DNA of 64,000 nucleotides from Carcharhinus longimanus (taxonomy: Eukaryota), in assembly GCA_030264375.1 (NCBI GenBank), contig JASCQW010000061.1, positions 73,836,761-73,900,760 of the forward strand, written 5' to 3'. Shown here piece by piece: positions 49,182 through 60,499 of this stretch (its first letter is position 1; every line of letters starts with the position of its first letter). The notes beneath the pieces are model-generated. The model had not been told where the DNA came from. It ran no database searches and worked only from the letters and a program-made list of their open reading frames with translations. Made by a program: the position numbers and the translations under genes.

Positions 49182-51981
49182 CTGTTCCACTGTGCTGCCC
49201 CTAATGCTAAAGCATGGAGTTGATCTACCAGGTAGTTCTTAGCACCTGCCTCTCCCACTTGTTCTATTATAATACAATGGCATCATGGAAAGTAGCTTGA
49301 AATATGGAGAACCATGATTAGCAGCATTTGGCTATGTGGAGGGGGAGAGTCAAAGTTGAGGTGATCATATATCAGACGGTACCTTTCAATACCTGCTCAA
49401 CTCCTCATGGTTTCATCACAGCCCACAGTCTTTGTGCATAGCTGCAGCAGTAAATCCTATCTTTTGGATTCTGCATCACATTGAAGCAATGCAAAATGAT
49501 GTTTCCTTTCATCTCCCAATTTTCTGTCCGGTTGCTCATTATTAAAGGCACCACACTTTTTCCACCTTCTCGGGTAGCATATCTATTTGTGGGAACCTAG
49601 AAGCTGTGCTTTGAAATAGCCAAGCAAGCTTACTGCCATATTTTATAATGATATAGTGTTGATTGTGCATAATACACTATGAAAAGGTATAGCTGCAAAC
49701 TGACTGATCTCGCTCAACCCAGAAAATCAAATTCATGTGAAGGGCACCCCTGGATCTTCAACTCCTGACCTCTGCCTCGGGTCAAGTGCTTTATTACTTA
49801 GACTAGCTGGTGACCCTAATTAATGCCGATAGCAGTCAATGAGTTAATGTAGGTGGTGCAGAATGTCTTGCTCATAACAGCATGTCCTTAGGCAGGCTTG
49901 TTGTTGCTTTTATTTCTTGTGAGTAAAATAAACTTTAGCTAATGGCGTTGTGATCTCTCAGCATGAAGGTTGGATCACTGGCATGTTATGGATCTGATTA
50001 TCCAATAGTATAAGCCATTTTAAGGAGTTATTTCTAACTTTGACCATGTTTGCTGTAAAAGAGACTAACGGAACATGGTTTCATTAACAATGCAAAATAG
50101 ATCTTTCATTGTATTAATTTGATAGAAAATTGATTGTTCATATTCATCTTAAAAATACATCCAATTTTTGTTATATTTTCCTTTGTAAAATGTGTACCTT
50201 TGTGGGATAGCTGGAAGTGTATCATGCTGCATATGAATTGTGCCCTGTCTGGGCCAAGGACCAAACAACAGGGATCTATAATCCCCATGTTTATCCAACT
50301 CATGATTAATGAGTATGCTACTCATTAATGTACAGCCTATTTTATTAGTTAGCAATTAATGTATTAAAATAAATGCTTAATCCGCTATAGAAATGACAGA
50401 AATGTAGGGCTAGATGTTACAGTTGCAAATCGAGCAGGACGTCCTTCCCCCACAACTCCATTGCCATCATGCTAATCTCTGGTGTCATGGAAGCAAGTGG
50501 GCTCCAAAATTGGAAACCCGCTTGTCGGTTTGAAATAACCAATTACCAATTTAGTGAGCTTGTTAAAGTGCCAATTGAAAGCAATTCTTCACGCCCACTC
50601 CATTTCTTGAGTATGGACAGCAAAAGGTTCGGGAGTGCTTCATGGTAGGTGTGAGGCAACACAAAAGCAGAAGAAGGGGACTACCAGTGGAAGCCTTGGC
50701 TCCTGTAGCAACAGAGGTTTTTGGTGAAGGTGTCAACATTTTGTACTTTTTTTTTGCATCATTTATTCATTGTTTTGAGCCTGCCATAAGAAATGAGGAG
50801 AGGGCAAGAGGTCCTTCAGTTGGTGGTCATGAATGACTTAATATTCAAGGCGCATTTCCCCTCCTGGCCTAGATGCCTGGATGGTTCCAGCACCATCACC
50901 ACCCTCCAGCCCAGCTGCCCCCTCCCCCTGCCCAGATGCCGTTAATTGGTTTCCATCCTTTCAAAACAGCCACTGATTGGCTATGTGATGCTTTATTTGC
51001 TGTGACAAGAGTAGCAGTGGGGGCGTGGGGATGGGTGGTGGAGTACAGGAGCAAGCAGACCTTCCTAACCCTGTCGAAAACTACAAAATTCAGTCCATGG
51101 CAACAGGAGCAGACCGTTTAGCCTTTCAAACCTGTCTTGCCATGTTGTTCGACCTGACTGATCTGCCTCTTATCTGCCTTGGTTTCATATCTCTTATTAC
51201 CCTTGCCTCATACAAATGTATTAATCTCAGTTTTGAAATTTTTGATTGACTTGACNNNNNNNNNNNNNNNNNNNNNNNNNNNNNNNNNNNNNNNNNNNNN
51301 NNNNNNNNNNNNNNNNNNNNNNNNNNNNNNNNNNNNNNNNNNNNNNNNNNNNNNNTTTCTTTCTTTTGGTGGTGGGCGGTGGGGGGGGGGGGGTGGGCTC
51401 AATTATATCATTCTTTAATTTTCTATATGAGAGAGCAGAAATTTTAGTCCTACACAGGGGGCAAGTGCTGAGGCAGGCCAACATGATTCATTCTGCCAAT
51501 CTTGGTTTGCCAGATTTAAATGCAAACTTTCAATAAACTTTCAAGAATGGGAGTTTTTTTTACTAACAGGTGATTGTGGTAAGATTTGTATTCAATATTT
51601 AAAACTTGGTTTTATTTCATCTCCCCATGACTTCTGAGGTCTGCCTTGGGTGGATACTAGGTAAGTTGGCAGGAACTGTTGGGGGCAGGGAATGTGGTTG
51701 TAAAAGGCCATGGGAGGTGGGTACTAGAGAACTTAAAATCTTGCAACAAAGTCCCAAAGAACGAGTAGGTCTTTTAACCAGCTTGCCTCAGCACTCAGGC
51801 GCTAAGGATCTGCTTCAGTGGTCAGCGGGCCTTAGTGGCTCCTGCTCCTATTCTCCCTGAGTGAAGACATTTGGGGAGGCCTTTTCTCTATGGTAGGTAC
51901 GTTGAGCAGGGAAACTTTCCAACTCAAACTACTTGTCTCGGTCACAAAACTCCAGACCAGTGCCTCAAAATGGACGTGCTC

Positions 51982-52008
51982 CTCTCTCTCTCTCTCTCTC
52001 TTTCTCTT
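51982..52008. repeat. (CT)n microsatellite
   Basis: ctctctctctctctctctctttctctt. Confidence 0.8.
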
Positions 52009-52701
52009 CAATGTTGGGGGTGCTCCTATGGGCCCTCCAGGTTCAAAAGTCTGCCTTCAGTCCTGGGAACTTGAATTTCCAATCCTGGGACACTTTGCAA
52101 ATACCTCTGACTCTAAGTTGAAGTCAGAGACTTTGGACAGTTCCACGCTACTTGCGCAAATAATTACTCAGGAAATGTTAAGACAGAAATGTCGTAGCCT
52201 AACCACTGGTTAACTATAGAACTGACTCCCCAATCACTCACATTGACCCTCTCTGACTCTGTGTTTGAACCCCACTGACCTGACCTCCTGACTGCCCNNN
52301 NNNNNNNNNNNNNNNNNNNNNNNNNNNNNNNNNNNNNNNNNNNNNNNNNNNNNNNNNNNNNNNNNNNNNNNNNNNNNNNNNNNNNNNNNNNNNNNNNNNN
52401 NNNNNNNNNNNNNNNNNNNNNNNNNNNNNNNNNNNNNNNNNNNNNNNNNNNNNNNNNNNNNNNNNNNNNNNNNNNNNNNNNNNNNNNNNNNNNNNNNNNN
52501 NNNNNNNNNNNNNNNNNNNNNNNNNNNNNNNNNNNNNNNNNNNNNNNNNNNNNNNNNNNNNNNNNNNNNNNNNNNNNNNNNNNNNNNNNNNNNNNNNNNN
52601 NNNNNNNNNNNNNNNNNNNNNNNNNNNNNNNNNNNNNNNNNNNNNNNNNNNNNNNNNNNNNNNNNNNNNNNNNNNNNNNNNNNNNNNNNNNNNNNNNNNN
52701 N

Positions 52702-52778
52702 CCATGATCTTATTGAATGGCCGGGCAGGCTCGAAGGGCTAGATGGCCTACTCCTGCTCCTATTTCTTATGTTCTTAT
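52702..52778 (+). mobile_element. CR1 3' tail emerging from a gap of about 400 N
   Basis: ccatgatcttattgaatggc...gggctagatggcctactcctgctcctatttcttatgttcttat, ending in short 3' tandem repeats. Confidence 0.85.
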
Positions 52779-53330
52779 ATACCCAACCCTTACAGCTTCC
52801 AAAAGGCTTGAATAAACCACAGCAAAAGTCATTGTGAATGGAAAAGTAATGAAATAAATGCTGTACTTGGTGAATGGTACTCCTTTTTTCATTTTAGGGG
52901 TTGCAAATTCCTATCTGAGGACTCTGTCCGCAGTGTCATTTGGTAGATATTGGTCTTCAGTCACCACATATTGTTGAAGATAGGACTGTGCCATTTAAAT
53001 AATGTATGAATTATTTACTATGAGTAGTTGTTATGGTCAACTTGGAAAACATCACGAGACTAATGGAACTACGAGAGGAGAAACAAAATTCAAGCCAACT
53101 CCTATTTTGTGTCCACAAGTGATCGCTTGGGGCCTTCTATGGAATTTATTGCTTCTTCTTACACTTTTGAGCCAATAGTAATCCACTCAAAGCCACAGTA
53201 AAAGTTGGTTTTCCACTTTAAAGATTCTTTTCTAAAGGTTTACTTCTGAAGAGCTGAAGCTTGATTTAACTTGTTCTGCTAATGACTTGACACCAAGGAT
53301 TGAACTTTCTTTGATGTTTGGGTACCCAAC

Positions 53331-53937
53331 GGCAGATGAATTTTGAGGTCCAGTCCTCGCGTTGTGTCGGTGTTCAGTGCTCAGTGTGATTTTTTTTGTA
53401 GAGGTGGCTAATTGGTGGCCAGCAATTGCTTGCTGCCCAATTCAGATGGTGGGTGGGCCCCGAGGAAGGAGAGCCAACAGCAGATCTTCCAGCACTGACA
53501 CATTGGCAGATTCACCATCCCAACTGGGACCTACTAACACAGGAAAGAGGGGAAAAGAGCATCTTGGGATGGAGACATACTCTGAAAGAGAAATTGAAAA
53601 AAAAACAACTCAAAGTGACCAAACATCCACTAGATGCCCAGTGACCTCAGTTGTGTACTGATGGCCATGGCAGGGAGGACAGGGATTTCCTGCCCCCATC
53701 CTTTGGCTGTTGAGGGGTGGGCGGGGAGGGGGGGGCGCGGTGGGTACCTGAAAAGTCAATTCAGCTACTGCTGATTACCTTAATGGGCCACTTAATTAAT
53801 CTAATAGGCTTACTTTTCCTCCTTCTTTGCAGAATAAAAATGACACTGAGGTGGCAACCCTGCACAGTGACCTCTGACAGCAATTTTCAAGCCTTTCCAC
53901 CTCTGGTCCCACCTCCAAGGGGAATCAAAATTCTGCC
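53331..53937. mobile_element. GC-rich non-autonomous TIR element, decayed
   Basis: Left ggcagatgaattttga versus reverse complement of the right end ggcagaattttga. Confidence 0.45.
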
Positions 53938-54500
53938 ACAATTATCTGCATTGCTGTGATCTGCAGTTGACAGACTCTTATTATGGTGTACAATGTCCTC
54001 GGGCTGACTGGCACAGAGTTGCCATTACAGTGGAGCTCTGCTCATGCATGCTTTGATGCACATGCAGCACTCCACTCCCTTGGGAACTTGTTTTTGAAGT
54101 CAGCAGAGGGCAAGTGCAAAGTCAATTCTCCTAACATTAAATACGTTCTGTTCAGAGTTCTAACAGTTCCCTGGAGATCCAATGGACAGCCTAGGCATAG
54201 TTGTAACGCCATTTCATCTATGTGTTACCTTTCTCATTAATTTTGGTGAGTATATAGAGTAACGTTGGAAGAAAATGCCAAAAGTTCTGACCTGAACGTT
54301 CATATTCTTTTTTAAGAAAAGATTAGCAAAAAGTAATAAAACATTTGTTTCTCATTGCCTATTCAACTCTTGATAAAGATCACTGATAAAATTAATCTGT
54401 GTGCAACATTTTGTTCCTGCACTCAAACCAAAAGGTAGGCATTTTATTTTTGTGTCAGTGTCAGTGAGATTAACAAATAGGGAAATGTTTGTAAAATGTT

Positions 54501-54789
54501 TGTAATGATGCACACTAAGATACTCTATCAGGAACACAAAGGGTATTTATTAACAAGGAAAAACTATACAGAGGCTGTCAGCCCCACAGCTGCCCTGGAG
54601 CAGCACCCCCACTCCACCCATTCCCCCCCAAACTCCTGGTTGTCCCAGTCCCTACATGTCTCCTAGATGCTTTCTCCCTAACAGAAAGAGCTCCACCCAT
54701 CTGGGGTGATTACCCACTTTCATCCGAATTAGTTCCCCAGCCAAGTGACCCTCTTCTGCTGTGCTGTCCCTAAAGGGACAATCACTACA
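54501..54789 (-). mobile_element. Solo LTR (289 bp)
   Basis: TGTAATGAT...ATCACTACA termini (9-bp inverted repeat, 1 mismatch). Flanks ATGTT and ATTTT fit a 5-bp target-site duplication with 1 mismatch. Minus-strand AATAAA at about 54546. Confidence 0.65.
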
Positions 54790-56039
54790 ATTTTCAATAG
54801 GAGTGAATAGTTGACATGAATTTTCTGAATGAGTGGAGGGGTTAGCAGGTGGACAGTTTGCAGAAGGTATTTACTAAACTGGTCAGTATTACATTCTTGA
54901 TTTGAAACCTTAAGACTTTCAACGCGACAGTCCGAGTTTTTATGAGCGGTGCTCCTAACTCTACCTATAGTTTTTGTGCCTATGATCTGTGTAACCGAGG
55001 TCACCTTTGCTGTTGCCATGTGCTCAATGATATGCCAGATTCAAATGTAACTTATAAGTGAGATAGTGCTACTTATCTCAGTTTTGAACTGTAAATACTG
55101 GAATAAGTCAACTTATTCAATTCTGCTGCAACAACTTCGCTGTAAAAGCAGACAATCCCATAAAACACAGTAGGGGCATTCAGGTGTTGAACCTTCTTTA
55201 GTGTGGGATGGTGCTTCATTCTATGTGCGGAATTCTCCCACAGTGGGTTTGGTAACAGCGAACCTAGTGGGAGCCAGAAGATTAAAAACCTACAGATATA
55301 AAATCACATTGCAGTTCTTTCAATGGTACTGGCGAGTCAGTCTTCCTGCTGACTGATGCCATAAATGCTATTTTCTTTTGCATATTATGAATGCTCATTA
55401 AAACTGCTAGTGTCCCATCAAGCCTTTCAATTCTTCATCATGCCAGCATGAAATTACGACAGTCTAAAACCCAATTGAGCAAGAATGGCAGGCACAAGGC
55501 AAGGCAAGAGATTTGGAGGTGAGTGCAACAAAGTCTTTCTGCCATAGTGCTGATCCTAATGTAGGGGCAGACTGGATCCTGCCCACCATCTCCATGCCAA
55601 GCTAGTCTTCGTGGACATCACTGTGCTGTTGAATGCATGGACCCTCCTGTATCACTGAGTCAGATCAGTACAGTTTCTAGGGTTGGGGAGTACTGGGGAC
55701 TTCTTTCAGTTCAGGCTAGTCTATCTTCCATTTTGGCATGTGTAATATAATTTGTCTAACCTTGCTATTTGTTTCGACACAACTGCTGCATCATATCAAT
55801 CACGACTACTTTGCAGTAATATTTATTCCTTGCTTTTGTTCTTTTCTTCAAATTATGTGGCTTCTTCTGAACTGACAATCAGGCCCCCTCATTTATTTAT
55901 AACAGCATTTACCTTTCCTACTTGTTGCTTTTGGATATTTGGTGGCAATTAACTCCCACCTGAAGCATTCTCCTGCTTTTCATTAAAATAGGAATATCAA
56001 GTGATCACCAGATAATTCAAAATGATAAAAGTTTTGTCC

Positions 56040-56600
56040 ATCTTATTTCACTCATCTAAAAAAAACACCTGAGTTCCTCCACTGCAGCAACTGAATGGTT
56101 CTTATGTGATTCCAAAGTTTTGCTCCCATTGATTAAGATTCCATTCCCCAATTTGAACACTGAGTGAAGAACACTTCCTAATAACAGTCCTAAATTTGCC
56201 TTTTACAAACGTCCCTTTGTCTCCTGTCATAATTTTGGTTCAAATGACTTATTTATGCCATAACCTTTTCTGTCTTGAATATATCTCTGCAATGTTTTCT
56301 TTTAACTAACATCTTTAATAGTTGAAAAACCCATTGTTCTGCCAGGTTTTCCTTACAACTAGATAACAAATACTATTGGATAACTCTTGTGTTATTTTTC
56401 CCCACACTTCCTCGATTGCTCATATAGTGGGTTTGTATCTTGGTATCCTGGATTGGATAATATTTCAGGTATGGTCTGACGAGGGTATAGTTTTAGGATG
56501 ATTTTCCCTGATTTATAGTTTGCTGTTTTCAATCTATGGACTTTTTGTTATTGCTCTGCACTGGTTGCATATGTTAGGATGTGGTGTATTTAATATACAT
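56040..56600 (-). mobile_element. Ancient CR1 3' fragment
   Basis: The minus strand resembles LVRPYLKYYPIQ (the CR1 LVRPHLEY motif) and ...aaatttaggactgttattaggaagtgttcttcactcagtgtt. Confidence 0.45.
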
Positions 56601-56954
56601 TGTTCAGGCGATCAAACCAATTTAACATTGGAACAGCCTGTGCCCAACAAGCACAAGCAATGGTTCCATTGCTACGTTCATAAGGTCCATTATGTGTCTG
56701 TTGAAATGAGTCACTGACGAATTCTGAATGCTGTAGTCAGCACCTATCTGACTAATCAGCGAATTCCCTCTGCTGCCAACTGCACGAAGGTTTATTTTTA
56801 TTTTCTTTTAAACTTTCTATGGAGCTAGGAGCAGCAAAAGTGCTCGCTTCCAACTCCACAATCCTCATGATAGCCCATGTGGTAATTGTCTCAATCTGCT
56901 GGGTAAAGGTCACATTGTGGGGGGGGGGGGCGGGGGGGCGGGGGGCGCGCGCGC

Positions 56955-57280
56955 GGCGATGGCCTGGTGATATTATCACTTGACTATTAATTCAAAAACT
57001 CAGCTAATGTTCTGGGGACCTGGTTCAAAACCTGTCACAGCAGATGGTGGAATTTGAATTCATTAAAAATATCTGGAATTAAGAATCTACTAATGACCAT
57101 GAAACCATTGCTGATTGTTGAAAAAACCCATCTTGTTCATTAATGTCCTTTATAGAAGAAAATCTGCCACTCCCTACATATGACTCCAGAGCCTCAACTG
57201 CCCTCCAAGGGCAACTAGGGATTGGCAATAAATGCTGGCCAGCCAGCGACACCCATATCCCATGAATGAATTTCAAAAAA
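56955..57280 (+). mobile_element. tRNA-derived SINE of the 23815 family
   Basis: Nearly collinear with 23815-24168, including the tail gggcaactagggattggcaataaatgctggccagccagcgacacccatatcccatgaatgaa. Confidence 0.88.
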
Positions 57281-57281
57281 T

Positions 57282-59722
57282 CATGACCCAGGGAACCAAT
57301 GGAGGAGCAGAGTGGGGGAATCACCCTGGTAAGCAAGGCTTGCTGTTCTAGAACCGTCTCAGGAACTGGCTGCAGCCATGAGGCTTCAAGCCTTTGTCTA
57401 GCCTTTAGCTGTAAATAATTGTGTTGTTGTTTTTCCCATAACCGGTGAGCAAGAATTATCACATTGGCTATGGGGATAGCTTTGAACAAAGCGAGTCTTG
57501 AACTGAGAGTATACATTTATGTTGATGAGTGAAGTTGAGACCAAGAAGAGTAATTACATAAATGCCCTTGTTTGGATGGATAGATCATTTTGATGCCTCT
57601 GTGGAATCCTCAACACATAGAGGATTAGGCTTTTACCTTCAAGCCAACAGAATAGAGAAGAAGGGGAAGAGAAAGACAATCCTCCTAACTGCAGTTGAAA
57701 CTCAGGCTTACAATTTGATTTGCAGTCTCACAACCCCAAGCACATCCAAATCCAAGTCACTCAGTGAGATAATTAAATTAGTAAAGTCTCGTTTCCATCC
57801 AAAACCATTGGTCATATTGCAGAGCTTTAAGTTTAATTCAAGGGAGCCCCAGGGGGGAGCTTGTGACTTATAACACCCAAGTTGAAGCACTGTGACTTTG
57901 GAGCCACATTTAAAGATATGCTGCTACATAGATTAGTCTGCAGGGTGAATGAGGATAGCACTGGTAATGGAGAGCACTGAAAAGGATGCACAAGAGTTAC
58001 AAAGCGTGCAAAATGGTGTCATTCACCAGTTATGGCAGGAACCTGCAGTCAACAGTGCCAAAAATGAAGATGTATCAGTGAAGCAGGAAGTGAGTTCAGT
58101 CACAAATAAAACAAGAAGATTTAAAAGGGGAAATCAGCCAGTAAAGATTGAAGCAGAATGTTACCGTTGTGGGGTCACCACTCCCCTGAATCCTGCAAGG
58201 TTAAAGTTGCTGAATGTTTTTTTTCTGACAGAGGAAAGACTACTTAAGGCATAGGTGCAAAAACAAGTCACGTCTATCCAGTAGCCGATTAAGTGGAGTG
58301 CCGCAAGTATGTAATATGGAAAAAGCTAGTATCAACGATTTAGATCTTCCTAGTTTAGTGAGAAAACGGGCAAGATAGCCCTCATTACTGTAATGCTCCT
58401 AGTAAATGGAAAGCCTCTTAAGATGGTAGTAGATACTGGGGTATCTGCTACTGTGATAGGTCAACATACATTTTAATACTTGAAAGAAAGAGCCCAGGCA
58501 TTGAATTTAAAGACTTACTGCAATAAAGTTAACAACTTACACAGGAAATGCCATAAAAATAATGGGCATAACAACAGTACCTGTAAGTTATGGGCAACAG
58601 TCTGCCCAACTTCCAGCATTAGTGTCAAGCAAAGGACAAAGCCATCCTTCTGGGCCATGATTGGCTGAAGGAAATCAAGTTAAATTGGATCAAGATTTTC
58701 CAATCTTGCAAAGAGAAGGGTTGCTCAAAATGATGAAGAAATATGAGTGAAGAGAGACAGGATAAAGGGCCTCTATGTAAAGGTCTATGAATCCAGAAGT
58801 GACCCCATGATTTTTTTTAGGGTATGCCTTATGAGACAAGGTGGATATTGAATTAAAGAGGTTGGAAGAACTAGGCATTATCCAGCCAGTTCAGTTTGCA
58901 GAATGGGCACCACCCATGGCCCTCTGTTGAAATATTTGCAAGGACTACAAGTTAACAGTTAATCAGGTTGCCAAATGATTGAAGATTGAAGATCTGTGTG
59001 CAATCTGAATAGAGCTCAGTCTTTTACAAAGATATGAGTCTCACATATCAGCAGCTTGAATTAGATTATGCTTCCCAAGGTTATGTCACAATAAACAAAC
59101 ACAAAGATTTGTTCCAGTATATATGCCTGCCCTTTGGTATGATGTCAGCATGTGCTATTTTCCAGAGGATAATGGAACGTTTGGTGCAAGGACTGCCACA
59201 AGTTGATGATCTTATAACATCATTGACAGAAGCTGAGCACCTAACTAAACTTGCAAGAGGTGCTAAAGAGATTTCAAGAGGCTGGAGTTTGCCTCAGGAA
59301 GGAGAAATATACTTCTTGGGGTACTGTGTAGATGTACAAGGATTGCACCCCATAGAAGACACAGTCAGAACCATAAAAGAGTCCCCCCCCCCCCCCCCAC
59401 CCCCAACCTGGCTTGAGCTCAAGTCATTTTTAGGAATAGTGAGTTACTACGATCGTTTTTTTACTGAATTTATTGATGTTATTGGTCATCTTGCATAAGC
59501 TGCAAAACATGCACTAGTTTTGCTTTTGGTAGACTCCCCAGACTTAACAGAGTAGGCAATTATTGAATTCTTCAAACTTACTGCATTTTGACCCATCTAA
59601 GAAAGTGATGTTAATCTGCGATGCCCTTCCAAGTGGCATTGATGTGGTATTGTCCTATGAGATGGATAGTGGATCTGAAAGGTCAATAGGGCATGTCTGG
59701 AGAACCCTGTCAAAAGCCAAAT
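57282..59722 (+). mobile_element. Ty3/Gypsy LTR retrotransposon remnant (partial 5' LTR, PBS, gag, protease, RT, RNase H; many stops and frameshifts)
   Basis: LTR end ...tatcACA at 57463, then TGGCTATGGGGAT (10/13 match to the tRNA-Ser(GCT)-type PBS TGGCGACGAGGAT). gag MPLFG...QAYNLICSL...HPKP...FKFNSR; knuckle CYRCG; protease VNGKPLKMVVDTG (DTG at 58432-58440); RT YQQLEL...TINKHKDLFQY..LPFG...AIFQRIME; RNase H HFDPSK...CDA. Confidence 0.9.
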
Positions 59723-59809
59723 AAAGCAGAGAATCCTGCTACCAGCAAACAGCGTGCCATCTCCCACCACCGAGAAACATGTGGCCGGGAAGCCAGGGGA
59801 TTCCTCACC

Positions 59810-59950
59810 AGAGTTAATGTTTCAGGTTAGTGGCCTTCCATCAGAATTCATGAACTGTTCTGATGAAAGGTCACAGATCTGAAGCATTAACTCAGTTGCT
59901 CTCTCCACAGTTGCTGCCAGACTTGCTGAATGCTTCCAGCATTTTCTGCT
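59810..59950. mobile_element. Palindromic Penelope-derived element with two divergent hammerhead-like cores
   Basis: The reverse complement of 59810-59846 (ttctgatggaaggccactaacctgaaacattaactct) aligns with 59858-59894 (ttctgatgaaaggtcacagatctgaagcattaactca) across an 11-nt spacer. Confidence 0.75.
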
Positions 59951-60210
59951 CTCATTATGGGCCAAGATTTAATCTTGGCGAAGGGTGAGCTGCTTCTCCT
60001 AATCTGAGAGAGAAAAGCCAGTCTGAGTTCCTTTCCTAATCGCTGATTTGTGAATCTGTTGTAAAAATGCATATTTATAATCATATGACTGGGATTCAAT
60101 GTGATGATCCCTTGGTTAAACAGTTGTTCACTGCAGAGTTTTACCCTGGGACGTAGAACTGGAATATTGCCTGGTCTGCAGCAAGATTTAGATACAAAGT
60201 TTAATCTATT

Positions 60211-60499
60211 AAAGTTAATTTATTAGTTGCAAGTAAACTTACTTACATTAACACTGCAATGAAGTTACTGTGAAAATCCCCTAGTTGCCACACTCTAGCA
60301 CCTGTTCAGGTACACTGAAGGAGAATTTAGCATGGCCAATGCACTTAACCAGCATATCTTTTGGACTGTGGGAGGAAACTGGAACACCTGGAGGAAACCC
60401 GCACAGACACAGGGAGTCCACACAAACAGTCACCCAAGCCAGGAATTGAACCCTTGTCCCTGGCACTGAGAGGCAGCAGTGCTAAGCACTTTGCTGCCC
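60211..60499 (-). mobile_element. HE1-type V-SINE, type B tail
   Basis: acattaacactgcaatgaagttactgtgaaaatcccctag...tgtgggaggaaactggaacacctggagg...aggcagcagtgctaagc. Confidence 0.9.

Noticed and set aside
57562-59498. Possible domesticated gag/pol-derived gene
   Set aside because: Numerous stops, frameshifts and deletions, including the RT YxDD context, indicate neutral decay.
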